Shown here piece after piece: positions 45,412-59,277 of a DNA stretch of 64,000 bases. The translations under genes were made by a program, and so were the position numbers. The stretch is from Macrostomum lignano (lineage: Eukaryota), in the NCBI GenBank assembly GCA_002269645.1, contig NIVC01003947.1, forward strand, positions 1 to 64,000. Reading direction: 5' to 3'. Under the pieces are notes generated by a model. It saw only the letters and a list, made by a program, of their open reading frames with translations. It did not search any database and had not been told where the DNA came from. Every line of letters begins with the position of its first letter. Position 1 is the first letter of the stretch.

Positions 45412-48300
45412 GACGGCAGCCTGAGAATTGTACAAGATTTTAGGAATCTGAACCAGAAATGTGAGTACTTTCTGTACCCGATTCCAAACACCCAAGAAGC
45501 ATTTGCCAGCCTCAAAGGAAGCCAGCTATTCAGCACATTTGATTTGAACAGTGGCTATTATCAGATTCTGCTGCATCCAGAAGATCAAGAACTGACTGCC
45601 TTCGCCACGCTGCACCGCAGACAGTTTGCCTACAATTTTATGCCTATGGGATTAAGCTCAGCACTAGCCAGCTTCATGCGATTGATGAACGCTATGCTAA
45701 ACGGGATTGCCGTTGCCGCAGTTCAGTGAGGATCCTGAAGTAATTTTTGTCCTGGAAATAGATGCTTCTGCGACCCAAATTGGAGCCTGCCTGAGCCAAT
45801 GCCAAGCTGACAATATCGAACAGCCTATTGGCTATTTTTCCCGGCAACTCAAACCAGCTGAAGCCCGATATATGATAACTAAATAGGAACTCTTGGCAGT
45901 TGTAGACAGTATGCAACATTTCTGCTTCTACCTGCTGGCCAAGTTCATCTGCCATACTGATCATGCCGCGTTGACCTAGATTCTTTGACAAACTCAGCAA
46001 GTAGGCATCTTTGAACAATGGCTACAGAGACTCAGCGAATTCGAGTTTGAAATCCAGCATTGCAAATCAAGTCAGCACCAAAACGCCGACAGTCTCTCAA
46101 GGCGGCCTGAGGATGATGCTGAATGCATAGAGGAGGCTCAGCGAGAGGCAGCTGATGAGGACCAAAGTAAGCAGCTAGCCGCAATAACTGGCACAGCGGC
46201 GCCAAAGGTCCTTGATAGCAACCACCCTAGCCCTCCACCGAGCAAGAAGCCATGGACCCACCAGAAGCAACGGAGACCGCCAATGAATCTGAAGGAGTCC
46301 AACGGCGAGGCTACGCGGCCAGCAACACTGTCAGCCGACAGTAAGCCACTGACAGTGCTACATCCACCGGCAACAAATCCGAGGCTATCAGCCAGCCATT
46401 ACGATGACTTGCAAAGGTCGCCTACCAGCTTCAGTAGCACAACATGTTGCCTATCTAGGAGCTGCCAACTATTAGCTAGAGACAACATAGACAGCGACCA
46501 CAGTGCAGCTAGAGATGACTACTGCCAACCCACTTGCTGCCCGGAGTTCAGGAAGAAGGTAAGATTCAACAGTGACGCAAACAGCTCTGCTGACTCATTA
46601 TCAACTGCTGACCAATCAGAATCTGACAATAGAGATGCCAAAGCCACCAACAAGGATCGACCTTCGGGCACATCAATAGCATGGCAACTGGTTCAAGTAG
46701 CAATCATGCGTAAGAAGCTCCCAACCCCGAACCATGCTGCCATGGCCAAAGCCGCGTCAACAAATTCTACTAATTGGCACTGAACACAAAACCTGACAGA
46801 TCACATCCCGAGGCCAGTCACTCGTGAGGAGCTCCAGACCCATCAGCGTACTGACTCTGCCATCACCATGATGATCAACCTAATCAAGAGTCGACAACTG
46901 TAGCCACCGCTAAATCAGCAATTGAACATGACAAGAGATGAGCAAAATCTCTTAGCATTTTATGAACAATTGGAAGTCCGAGACGATGGACTATTAGTCA
47001 TCCATCTCAACGATGTCAGCAAGGAGGAAAGAGCGAGGATTGTCCTGCCTAAGAGTCTCGACACCACCATGTTTGCTGACCTACATGATTCACCCTACTG
47101 CGGACACATGGGCCGAGACCTCACCATCGCTAAAGTGTGAAAGGTTTTGGCGACCTGCCCTAGCCAAGGCCATGTCCGACTATGTTGTTTCCTGCTAGAC
47201 CTGCACTTAGAGCAAAGGGCAACGACGAATCCTGGCATATGTACAATTGTTTCCAGTCTGTAAGATCTATGGGCGATGCGCAATCGACATTCTAGGCCCC
47301 ACTGGAGACCCAACAGACCGAGGCAACAAGTACATCCTAACCTATATCGACACCACATTGAAATACCCCTTTGCCTTTGCCATGAAGAATCAGTAGGCCA
47401 AGAGGATCATAACTCTCCTGCAGGAACAAATGTTTCTAATCATTGGAATCCCAGCATGGATCCACTCTGATCAAGGGAAACAGTTCACAAGGCATGAGTT
47501 CCAACATTTCTGCGAAGTATATGGCATTCAACAGAGTACAATGCTGCCATATTCGCCCTGGGCTAATGGACAAGCCGAGTCATGCAACAAGAATATCAAG
47601 AAAGTGCTCACTTGTCTCCTAGAGGACCATCATCAATGGGACAAGATGCTGCCAGCTGCTTTGACCGCGCTGCGATCAGCAGTCAATTGTATCACCGGGT
47701 TCTTGTCGCATTATGTTGTCTACAGAGTGCCCTATTGATACCCCATTGACAACACCTTACACTGCCTGGACATAGCAGCCAATCCAATCTCCCCGAGTAC
47801 ATTGCCAAGCATCAGCACAGACTGGCCAAAACTGAGCGCATTATACGACAATGCCTGCAAGCTGAGATCCAATGCCAAGAGGAGTATTACGAGAATCAAC
47901 CGAAGCCCGTGGAATTGCAACCTGGCGACCTTGTCTGCCTGGCCAACCTGAAGCTCAAATTGGGAGAGCTGCCCAAATTCCACCGGCTATACAAGAGTAT
48001 GTATAAGGTTGTCAAGGAGGTTAGAGAAGTGGCGTATTGGATTAGGCCTGCAATAGCCTGGCAAGGATGCCCAGCCGAGATGTTGGTACATCGCAACAAT
48101 ATCATCAAGGAGCCGCAGATGGTGGCAGACTGACCGCAGGAGCCGCTGCACCAAACAGAGCGGCCCATGCTGCCCTATGAGTCAAGTGAAGATAGCGAAG
48201 TTGATCTAGCCAAACAGCCTGCTCCGGAACAGCAACCCACAGCCCAGCCTGACCTGTGAGGCAGCCAGCTATTCAAACCAAGCTTGCGCCATCCGGAGTG
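45412..48300 (+). mobile_element. Decayed Gypsy/Ty3 LTR retrotransposon pol (RT fragment, RNase H, integrase)
   Basis: DGSLRIVQDFRNLN..FDLNSGYYQI..TAF..MPMGL (RT, YxDD part deleted); IDASATQIGACL..PIGYFSRQL..ELLAV..TDH (RNase H); HDSPYCGHMG, IHSDQGKQF, PYSPWANGQAE (integrase); many stops and frameshifts. Confidence 0.93.
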
Positions 48301-48694
48301 TCTAGCTATTTTGTCCTGCTCAGGTCAAAAGACCCCTAGCTTGAGATCTTGTCCTTAGCTGAGGGCACCTAAGGTGAATCTCCCCTTTGCTGTTTATTCT
48401 TTGTTCCACTCATGCTGAGCCTGGGAAATTTTGTTAGGGCCTTTATTTTTGGCTTGGTTTCCCAGTGCTTTCTATTCTACCCCATTTGTTAAAACTCCTT
48501 ATGGAGATCTCTGTATGATAACTTGGTCACCACGTTAGCCTCTACTTTGCGATTTAACCAAGGAGGAGACACTTCTGCTATTCTTAATATCTAAATTCTA
48601 TGCGAGGCTCTGCCTTCTTACTGCAATACCTGTTTAATGTGAGCCTTACGGGCCTTCCTTTTTCAAATTCTGATTGCGCCCCCCTGCCTGGCAG

Positions 48695-50069
48695 GGGAGT
48701 ACGAGATTTGCTAGCAGGAAATCTGCTAGCCAAAGTTTGCTAGCGAGAAATTTGATTGCCGAAATCTGCTAGCCAAAGTTTGCTAGCCGAAATCTGCTAG
48801 CCAAAATCTGCTAGCCAAAATTTGCTAGCTGAAGCTTGCTAGCAGGAATTTTGCTAGCAAGGATTTTGCTAGCCGAGATTTGCTAGCAGGAATTTTGCTG
48901 GCCGAAAGTTGCTAGCAGGAATTTTGCTAGCGAGGATTTAGGTAGCCAAAATCTGCTAGCAGGAATTCAACCAAAACCGGCAAGTAGCAATTTGGCTAGC
49001 CGAACTTAGGAAGTTGTAATTAGCTAGAGACAATTTGCTTGTCCAGAATTTCACTAAATCCTCTATAGCGTTGCTCCACTTTTACCTTTACCAATCCTCT
49101 TCAAATTGGACACAATCCAATTTTCAACTATTTTGACAATCGTGTATAAATTTTCCAGTCTCGAAGTTAATCCTAATGGCACTGTGTACTTTTAAAGTTA
49201 GTCTGCTTTTCGTCAGCGAGACAGCCACCCCAACCTCCGCCTCTCTCTCCTTCCTGACCACTGGACAGATGTGTGAAGGGGGTTAAAAATTAACTAACTT
49301 TCAGCTGCCATAAATTTGCTCCACGTACAGCGATTGACTTGATAAACTTGATACAATTCTTCATTGACTCATTCTCTGTCTAAATATAAAGTCTCAACTT
49401 TGTACCTCAGTTGGAACAGAAACTGTAGGCATGTGAAGTTTGTCTGCTTTTTCTGTTGTTTGAGCCCTATCACCAACGATCAGGTGATAGGGCTCAATGT
49501 ACATAGCAAATGTACAGTGTTCTGGAATAACTTTTTATAGCCTTCTCTGCTAACATTTAGCTCTGACAGTTCAGTAAGGAATTCAACTACTGTCCTAACT
49601 ACGAGCTATCTGATTGCGACTTGAGAGTATTCTGTCCCCCACAATGACAAACTGACTTTCCAAGCACTTGAACTGATGCTGATGCTTTTAGTTATAAAAT
49701 ATTTGGGATTTTTACCCACTTTTCTGGATTTTTTTAGGTAAAACAAAACATTGCTATTGCCAAAAAACAAGCAATCTTTTGACGCCGGTTGCAAGAAGTT
49801 TGGTCAGCAAATTCCTGCAAGCAGATTTCGGCTACCTAAATCCTTGCTAGCAAAATTCCTGCTAGCAACTTTTGGCCAGCAAAATTCCTGCTAGCGAATC
49901 TCGGCTAGCAAAATCCTTGCTAGCAAAATTCCTGCTAGCAAGCTTCGGCTAGCAAATTTTGGCTAGCAGATTTCGGCTAGCAAACTTCGGCTAGCAGATT
50001 TTGGCAAGCAAATTTCTCGCTAGCAAACTTCGGCTAGCAGATTTCCTGCTAGAAAAATTTCATAGACCC
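48695..50069. mobile_element. Non-autonomous foldback/MULE-like element with modular GCTAGC-repeat TIRs
   Basis: 9-bp TSD GCCTGGCAG at 48686-48694 and 50070-50078; GGG...CCC termini; ~270-bp arms of AAATTTGCTAGC-type subrepeats in inverted orientation. Confidence 0.85.
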
Positions 50070-50330
50070 GCCTGGCAGTTATCTGTTTTATTGCTCCTTG
50101 TTTAACTCACCTACCCCACCTCCGAATGCCACCTTAGAGTGCAGGGGTGAGGGCCCCCCTTCTTTTCCAGCGGCTGGTCCCCCATGTCCATCGGCTGGCC
50201 CTCTGTAAGACTATTTAAGTCAACTTTTCTCTTTTCTTAGTTGTTCACTGCCCCAATTTGTAATTGTGAAATCATTGAATTTTCTTGTTTATACTAATTC
50301 TCCACGGCACACATAACTTTTGGCCTGCAA

Positions 50331-51115
50331 TGTCTAACAATCCAATGTTTGGAGGCGCCATGCCGCCTATCAACCACTATGCTTGGGGAGCTCCTGAGAT
50401 TGCCAAATCACTGCTAAGTAGCGAACTGCGGGAAGCCTTGGATTAAGCCAATGGCCAAGTCAACAACAATGTTGAGCCGTTTCTCCAGTGGCCTCACAAT
50501 GCTCTCAAATAGGGCAGAGAGAGGCAAGCCCCAGTCCAACTAATCTAGGCAAACTACAACGAGCCGTCTGCAGTGCCTACGCCAGCTAACAGTCTGGGCG
50601 CATGGTTTTATAGACTTTTGGACCATGTCAACGCGATGCCACTGGCCCCCAAGCCAGAACCTATCCAGGTCCTGGAGCCCAATAGGCAAGTTACGCTGCC
50701 CCTCCTGTTGTCCAACTGGATGCCGGACTTGAGCCAGCCATCTCCGGCGGGAGCAAAGGCAGCCGGACAAGAACAAGACTGCGCTCAACTTTTGTGTGAA
50801 TTGCTCCTGTGAGAGCTTGCGACCAACACTGGAGCCAGCTACCTGAGGGATTGCCAGCATTGGTCTGGTTTCGCCCAGCTCTATGGGCCACGTCCAGCCA
50901 CCCACGCCATTGGGATGACGGCCGAGATGCTAAGCAAGCGCTTGCAGACCCAGCCAACCAGCATGCGGTTTGGCCCCGTCGCTGCTATGATCGCACTAGG
51001 CGTCGACCACGCCTCCACACTCGGCCGAGGTTTGCCCAAATCATTTCTGCAACTATGCCATCAGGGATGTCTGGCAAGCTCCAACTGCACTCACAGTGCT
51101 TGCCAAGCTAACTGA
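50331..51115 (+). pseudogene. Possible degenerate retrotransposon gag remnant
   Basis: GC-rich broken ORFs after LTR-like sequence; KRLQTQPTSMRF..VAAMIAL loosely resembles the gag R-x-Q motif. Confidence 0.3.
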
Positions 51116-54100
51116 GGAGGCCACTCGCCCACCCACTATGGCCGACACTGCCGCGCATGTGGTAGTATAGTCTACTACTAAGTCTTTTTGACTGTTTATT
51201 TTTTGGCATTAATTTTCTACGAAACCATTTCCCTCTCTCTTTGATGACAAAATTTTGTTGTCATCGCCTGTCCCATCTTTAGTCTCCCCCTGTCCTGTCC
51301 TTGTTCCCGTGGCTATTCCCCTTGTTGCCTCATCCTGTGTTTTTCTGTTTTTCACCTGTTTTTCTGCAAGAATCCTTGGGTTGACCCCTCCTATGGGAAC
51401 CTTTTCCCCTGGTTGACCCACTGGTTGCCCCGCTCGCTGCCCCACTGGTGGCACCAGTGGCCAGCACTGCTTGTTGTTATTATTTATATGGCCATCCTGG
51501 CCACCTTTATGGCATACTTCTTCTTCTTCCTCCTTTTCCCTTTTCCTTGTTTCTTTTTTGCTCTTTGTTCATGTTTTGTGCTCTCTATCTAGCATTTTTG
51601 CTTAAACCTTAATAGCAACTGCCGTTAATTAAATTTACTAATTGTTCCGCACCTCGGCACAGCCAGATTACCCTCTTTTGTAGCTAAAATATCTGTTGGA
51701 AAAATAACAAATAATTTGGTGACCTGCTCTCTACTTAATTTCACTAATCTATTGAAGTCCTTAATAGTTTATCTTGAGTTATTTGCCATGGGGCATTAAA
51801 CTACCAAATCAATTTCATCTCCAAACAAGCTCTGAGATCTCAATGTTCTATAATATGTAAATTATGGTGGTAGCAGCACTACACTACTAAAAATAAACAG
51901 TTCAGAAAACTCAGAAAATGAAATTGTGGTGTCTAGATCATTGAATCTACTATCTAAATGACCGTGCTTGCTCAAGACCACTCAACTACAATTATGACTA
52001 TCCTTCTCTGGAATTGAGGACCTGGCAGATGGAGTATCTAGAGGAGAAAGCAATTTGAGTTTTGTAGTAACAATTTCTGGCTTTATGAGTGCCGAGATAA
52101 CACAGGTAGCAATTCAAACATTAGAAACTGCCACAACCATGCCCCCCACTTTTCTTCTCCACCCCACCTTAATACCTAAAGATAAATTTTATAACCATTT
52201 TTAGTGCTAGGCTTAGTATAATTTTTATTGATTTTGCTTTTTTAATTTAATAATTTTATATTTACTAAATTAATAAGCAAAATTTTCAAATGTTGATATG
52301 GGCCTAATTATAAATATTTTGTCAATTAGAAAATAAAATACCTTTATATATAATTATTATACAACAAATTTAGAGTTGTGTAGGCCTTATATAAGTTTAA
52401 CAAAAAATATATTTATGCAAGTTTTTGTCAATGTGAATAGTATGCATACAGGATTCTGTATAAAAACTTTATCTTGATATACAATATAGTAGGCCTAGGC
52501 CTAATCTTTTATTATATAATATATATACTAGATAAATTGGAAATTTGTACTTGATATAAAATATCAAAAGGCAATAAGCAGGCACAGCCATAGGGTATAT
52601 ACTATATATTATATATCTTATAGTCATATAGGCTTTTCATATTACTAATTCTAGACCTAGAATTATATTGATTCAAAGCTTTTATTAATGTCTGTTCTAT
52701 TTTTAGAATCAATTCCAGAACTATAATCTAATTTTGAAATTTAGCTCAAGAAATTTTCTTAATCTTGTTATATTTCCATGGAAACAATAGGAGTAAATAG
52801 TCTAGGCCTAGGCGGCATAGGCGCCACCTAATTTGAAATAACATTATAAATATTTCAAAAAGAATACTGGTTTTTCAATTTTTGATAAAAAGTTATTGAA
52901 TTTTGAGAAGTAATGTAATTAGACAGAAATAAAATAAAAGATTCAAAGCTTTTCATTTTTGTAACAATTCTGAATCCTGATTCTAGAATAAGAAATTAGA
53001 ATTATTCTGGTTCTGGAACCAATCTTTGTGAAAAAAGTGTAATATAGGCCCTATGGCTATACTACAATAAAAAACTTTTAAAGTTTTTTTGCCGAATTTA
53101 TTTTAAATAAAATCGGCAAACCCTGGCCTGAACGCTACATCTGTCTGGCAAAGCCTCTACATCTCGTATCTGACTTTTGTCAAGTTGGAATTGGAACTTG
53201 ACAAAAGCAATCTCGCCTGCTCAATCTTCTCTCTTCTTATGCTCACCCATATCCCTAATATTCCTATATGTGACTTTATGTCTTTATCAGTTGCTTAGCA
53301 CACTTTGCTTTACTGAAACTGAATATTTATCATGTCATCCAATGCTTTGAAAAATTACGCGGTATACAAAGCTTTTTTGCCGTCTTTCTTTGGTCGCGTT
53401 CACGCACTAATTAGTAATTACAAGTTGCACCTGACTTCATTTGCCTTAGTCAAAGTATGCAGCTTGTAAAGACCTGCTCTTCTATTTTAGTTAGCATATA
53501 CTGATAAGCTAGGAGGACAAAGTAACTAAGTAAGTACAGTACAGTCAGGTTCAATGGCCAAAGTTCATTTAAGAAGAGAGCCGCGAGGCATGCGGATTTC
53601 TTTCCTTGAAAAAAATAGAAATTTAAATCTTTAACCTGGCAGAATAACAATTGTCTTTAAATATAATAAAGTAACTTTCTAAAATGTTTATTGAACAGTT
53701 GTAAATGAGTAAAAAGTAGAATTTATAAATACATTTTAATAAGAAATGCCTAATATAAAAATAAATTTAAAATAAAAATTGGTAAACGGCGATAATTCAA
53801 TTATTGTATTCGTTGTGCTTCGCGCGCGCGGCTAAAACTGTCTAACATAGAAAGACAACCGTGATCCAAAAGTAGTGCTTTCGATATGATAACTTCTCAT
53901 TACTTTCAAGTCTAATTCATCATCTATTTTATTATACATTTACTTTTTTTATCTTACCTATATGGCTGTCTCTACAAAACTTTTACTCTTAGTAGTTGCT
54001 CTAGTTCATGTAAGGTAATGTTTATTGCATAAAAATAGTTCAGTCAGTAGGCCTAGTTATTAGGCCTATGTAAAGTTCTCAGCATATATTTTGAATTTAT

Positions 54101-55965
54101 AGCATTTTAGATAAGGATAACCACAGTTTTTATGCACTAAAGCTCTAAATATTTTAGTTAATAATCCCTATATACATTACAAAATAAGTTTTAAAAGGCC
54201 TATCTTGCTATTTCTAGTAGGCCTATGCTATATTATTATTGAATTAAAAAACATAGAAAAATTCTAATACAAAAGGGGGTTAGACAATTCAGTGTTGCCA
54301 CCACTGCAATTTTTAATTGCTCAGTGATTATTTTGTCCATTTTGCTCGTTTCCTGCAATTTTTTGTGGATACCAATCCTTTCAACTTTTTATCAAGTACT
54401 GTGTTTCATTTTGTGCTCAATTTAAGTGTCATGAATGTCATCAATATAGCATGAGGCGAGGCTGTGCAAGCCTCCAGTTTTGAAGCTTGACAAAAGTAGA
54501 TTGAGCATGCTGCAGTCAAGCGAGCTCTGAAGAAAGCTGCTGACAAAACAGCTTGGCAAAAGAGACAGGCTGAGTTCGGCGCTTGATCTGTCCTACCAAA
54601 GGTTCCAAAGAAAAAATGAACATCCATTGAAGAGCCTGTAGTTTTGCCTGACTAACGGTTGACTAGCAAAATAAGATTCATGTAAAAGTATTTCTTCCCA
54701 TATAGTTTCCAACATTGATTAACAATTAAAATATTAAAAGAATTCATTTTAGCTATATAGAATTAAGAACAGATTCAGACAACTGGAATATAGCACAAAA
54801 TTTAGTTGTAAAATTGTTATTACTCATCAATGGTCATATTATCTTATGTTTTAGTTGGTTGCTTAGGTCGGTTCATAATGAACATCAGTAATCTATATTA
54901 TATGTATGCCTGTCTTCCCTTAAGAAAATGCTTGTGTTGTATAACTACTTCACTGATTTGGCGTAAATGAGAGTTGCATGTAGTTGTTGCAAATTGTAGT
55001 AGTTCTTTTTTGTCAAATAAATGGAACTAAAAATGGAAAGCTAAAAAAGAAAGTTGTTTTCGCATACTAGCACCTTTTTCTCGATGACAAAAAAGAAATT
55101 TGTTCCTGTGATGTTTTTCTTATCTTGCAATAATTTCTTTGGTTGTTGTAGTGGCAACACTGTTAGACATGTTCTGCACTAGACATGCTCCATGCTGGCG
55201 CATTCTGGCATAATAGCCATAGTCTGGATCATGTTGGGTGCACACCCAAAAAACAAATAATTAAAAATGCATGCCAAAAATTGAGTGCATGCCCATTCTC
55301 AAAACTATACTAGTGTTGCAACGATAAAAGATTTGTTTTATGTTGTGACAATAAATGACCTTTTTGAATTAAGGACCCTTTTTGATAAATAATTACGTTT
55401 ATTTTTATGCTTTGTTTGACAATACTATTTATAGTAGAAAATTGATACATGCAAAGATTTGTTTAAATGCTTTGTTATAAGCTTAAAAAACATAGAAAGC
55501 TTAAAATTTATATTAAGAATTAACATTTTTTTTCTACTTTATAATAACTTCTCCACATGATTTTATGAAATATATGCCAGATATGCATGCACACTATTTT
55601 ATTAGGAGTGATGCACGTCAACTGTGTATGCCTACTTTTGGCATCTAAAGCCAATGCATGCCCAAATTTTTAGGCATATACTACATAATCTAAATTGTGA
55701 TAAAACAGTAGGCAAGGAAAAAAATCTAGCTTAGTATAGTGCAAGACAAAAAATTAGTAAAAAAACTATTTTTACAGATAGAAAATTTGCATATAATTTC
55801 TTTTTATTAATACTATTTTATTTGCAAATATGGCTTTCTTAAAAAAATATGTTAACATTGCATTTTCTATGAAATTGATTCAAATACAAGTTTTACAGGT
55901 ATTTTTCAAATGGATAACACAGATTCTTGTTTTTTTTTATTTCTTTTAAAAAAGTTCTAGCATAG

Positions 55966-58900
55966 CACACAGTGCAAATATACGTATTTATTCACGGTGC
56001 TACCATAGTCGGAAAATTGCTAAAACAATTCATCGGAAAAGTTATTTGTCACAATTGATACTCAAATTAGTAAGGATTCCTTTGAAGAAAAAATAAAAAT
56101 CGTAGTTGTTCGTTTTAGCTCAAAAAGTGCTATTTTCAGTTTTTACCATAGATGAATTAATAAAAAAGCAAAGTATCACCGTACTGTTTAGAAATCAATT
56201 TGATTGAGTCCAGGATCAAAGGCAAGCATTAAAAAACATGTTACTGATATTCATCAATGATTGGTTGATGCCTAAAAGCTACACATTTGACTTGGATGGG
56301 CCTACCACAAGAGAGTCTTAAGGCCCATTCACACCGCCGTCAAACGAGACCAAATTTCAAGTGATCACACGACATTTGCATAGTTTTTCATCCCTTTGTA
56401 CGTAAGTCATGTGAGTATGGTTGCTTGTTTGATGGCGTTGTGAATGAGCCTTTATACTCGTACTCACCCTGTTTGGATGAGTCACTAGTTCAGATCCACC
56501 CAGCCCACCCAGACCCAAAGCTTTACCCTCAGCCAATCCCTCCACCATTCTACATACGTAGGTAAGCACTCGTACGCTGTGGCTTGCTCTCTCTCTTCCT
56601 GAGCTGTACATACAAAGTATGATATTGTACATTGGTGTGTGCTCTTTGCACCAAGCACTCGCCAAACCACCCTCAGTCTTGTAATGCCATCGTGCTCATT
56701 TATGTTTTTCATCAATATAAACGTCAAACCTCAAACGTAAGGAGGTCCCATTTGAAGAGGTTTTGTTGTCCAACTCTGTCTAAAAGTGTTTCATCCAAAC
56801 ATTTAGTTGCAACGATTGTGCTTGTGTGTACACAGTTTTTGTCATGCCACTGTCACACGAAGATTGCCTCAATCGGATCTGCATTTTGTGCTTTTCGAAG
56901 GCAAAAGAGTTGCAATCCGTTACGCCCTGGATGCTGGCCATCATCAATCAGCACAGTGGCTGGCTCTACGATCTGCACGATAATCGCGTTCCTAAGGCAA
57001 TTTGTGGCACGTGCAGATTCGCTCTGCAGCAGCTGGAGAAGGGCCAATGGGCTGATGTGCCACCGATGTATGACTTCAGGGATGTGCAGCCACTGCCGGT
57101 GACCCGATCAGTGGGCCAAGATCGATGCGACTGTAAGATCTGCAGCACTGCCAGATGCAGAGTCCATCCTCCAGAAGCCAATGTCCCAAAGCGGTCTGTT
57201 GGGCGGCCAAGTTTGACGGTGGACGAGGCTACAACGCCCAAGCCCAAAATGGTCAAGGTCTGCTCCTTCTGCATCAGTCCTATTGGCAGGGGCAAGCCGC
57301 ACACATGCAACAGACCCACAAGACTGCAGAATGCGCATGCCCTGTTGCAGGAAGCGTCCCCGGAATTCCCAGAGCGGCTCGCCACAACAATTGTGCGGCA
57401 GAAACTTATTACTTCAGGCTCCGGAGACACAGCCTCGGGCATCACCGTGCTGGCATCCAACGCTGGACCCTCAATGAGGCTGGCCGTGAATCTGCCGCCT
57501 CCGAAGCCAACAGCAGTCTTCACGGCGGATAATATGCGTCATTGCAAGGTGAGCTGGGCCTCAGTTCGCGCAAAATGGAGGTTGTACTTAGAAATCTTTG
57601 GTCTTCGATTGGCGCCTCAGCTGTCCAGAGCAACATCCGGCAGACATTGAGGGAGATGGATCACGAACTGGATGACCTCTTCCAAGCAAAGCAGCTGGCG
57701 TTTATCGAGAAGAGAGGGGAAGGCAGACTCCAGCTGAGCAGTGGGCCGTTGTCTGCACTGATGTGGTCAAGCTCCTGGGCTGCATGATTGCAAACCGCCG
57801 GCTGATGGATGTTGCTTCCACAGTCGTCAGAATTGGAATCAATGGTGGAGGTGGGTTCTTGAAGCTCTCGATATCCGTTTTTGACCTGTGCGTGTGTGCT
57901 GGTGAGGAGCAGCAGAAGGGGGCTGATCGCCGATTCCTCGACACTGGCGTGCATCGGGCCGTCATCCTTGGCATCGCTCCCAACACACAGGAGAACCACA
58001 GGAACCTGGAGTGTTTCTGGGAGAGCTGCCGCCTGCAGCTTCTGTCGGCGAACATCAGCATCGCGTGCGACCTGAAGCTTGCCAACATCCTGCTCGGCTT
58101 GATGGCCCACAGCAGCTCGCATCCCTGCACCTGGTGCAACGTCAATAAAGGGAGCCTTGACAGCTGCGGCGAGCCAAGGACCTTTGGCAGCCTCAGTGAG
58201 AAATACCAGGCCTACCTGGCTGCTGGTGGTGAACGCCAACTAGCTAAGCACTTCGATAACGTCGTCCAGCCCAGCATCTTTTCCGCTGGAGTTGAAGTCC
58301 CGGTGTTGCACATTGTCCCTCCGCCGGAGCTGCACCTGCTGACCGGTGCGGTCCATGTACTGTACGAGGGTCTGCATGGTGTGTGGCCCGAGAGCGAAGC
58401 TTGGCTTACAGCTTGCAATGTCCAACATGACAAGCATCACGGTGGCAGCTTCACTGGCAATGCGAGCCGCAAGTTGCTGCGCAACGTGGACCTGCTAGAA
58501 GCAATGTGCCCGATGGCAGCGCTGCCATTTGTTGCCGCCCTTCGAGCGTTGAACTCGGTCGTGGTGTCATGCTTCGGGAGTGAGCTGCGTCCCAATTTCG
58601 AGCAGGCGATTCAGGAATTTCGCACCAGTTATGCCGATCTCGGCATTTCCATCAGTCCAAAAATCCACGCGATTTTACACCACGTTGGTGACTTCTGCCG
58701 CGCCAAAGACAAAACAGGCCTGGGGCCATGGAGCGAACAATGCACAGAGTCGATGCACAGAGACTTCCTCCTGCATTGGGAGAGATACAAGGTGGCGAGC
58801 ACGCATCCTCTCTTCGCTGAAAGGCTCCTGGCAGCTGTGCGGTGTTACAACAGTCACCATTTGTGAGCGTTTTGTGGAAAGTGCGAATCCAGAACTGCAA

Positions 58901-59277
58901 CAGTTGAACTGCAACGAAAGTATTGGACAGTTATGAAGTCAGAAAATTTAGTAGCACAATTTTTCGACCCACTCAGTTATTGTAGTCAAAACCTCCAGGA
59001 AAATCAACCCGCTAAATGTCCCCTTTGAAGTCTATATATTAAATTGCAATTGTAACGATTCTAATTTGAATTGTAAGGTAATACAAAACCTTGTACGATA
59101 GGGGTGCTTTCACAAACCCGAAATTTCATAGCATCAAAAACATATTCACATGGTTTGGGGTTATATATTAAGGTGAAAGAATATAAAAAATAATTTTTAT
59201 GTTGTAAAATTTGGGGTTTGTGAAATGCCGCAGCACCATGCTGCTTTGAGTTGTTTTACTTCATGTAAGACAGTGTG
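55966..59277 (+). mobile_element. Chapaev-like (CMC/Transib-related) DNA transposon, approximate boundaries
   Basis: CACACAGT at 55966 and ACAGTGTG ending 59277 (imperfect short TIR), with second inverted matches CACGGTGCTA / CAGCACCATG; flanks ATAG/CTAA are only an imperfect 4-bp TSD; encloses the transposase. Confidence 0.6.
56844..58866 (+). pseudogene. Chapaev/RAG1-like DDE transposase with N-terminal zinc-binding domain, two frameshifts
   Basis: HEDCLNRICILC...PKAICGTC; GINGGGGFLK (first catalytic D appears as N); ACDLK..NILLGL..HSSSHPCTWC; PPELHLLTG; FTGNASRKLL; SPKIHAILHH; LGPWSEQCTESMH; frameshifts near 57540 and 57730. Confidence 0.85.

Noticed and set aside
51200-55900. Protein-coding genes in the AT-rich stretch
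   Set aside because: Only short low-complexity ORFs, with no chain of phase-compatible exons or recognisable motifs.
55968-55974. RAG recombination signal sequence (CACAGTG heptamer) at the transposon end
   Set aside because: No ACAAAAACC-like nonamer at 12 or 23 bp, the right end reads CACACTG, and there is no 5-bp TSD or RAG2-like gene; a chance match within a CAC-terminated TIR.
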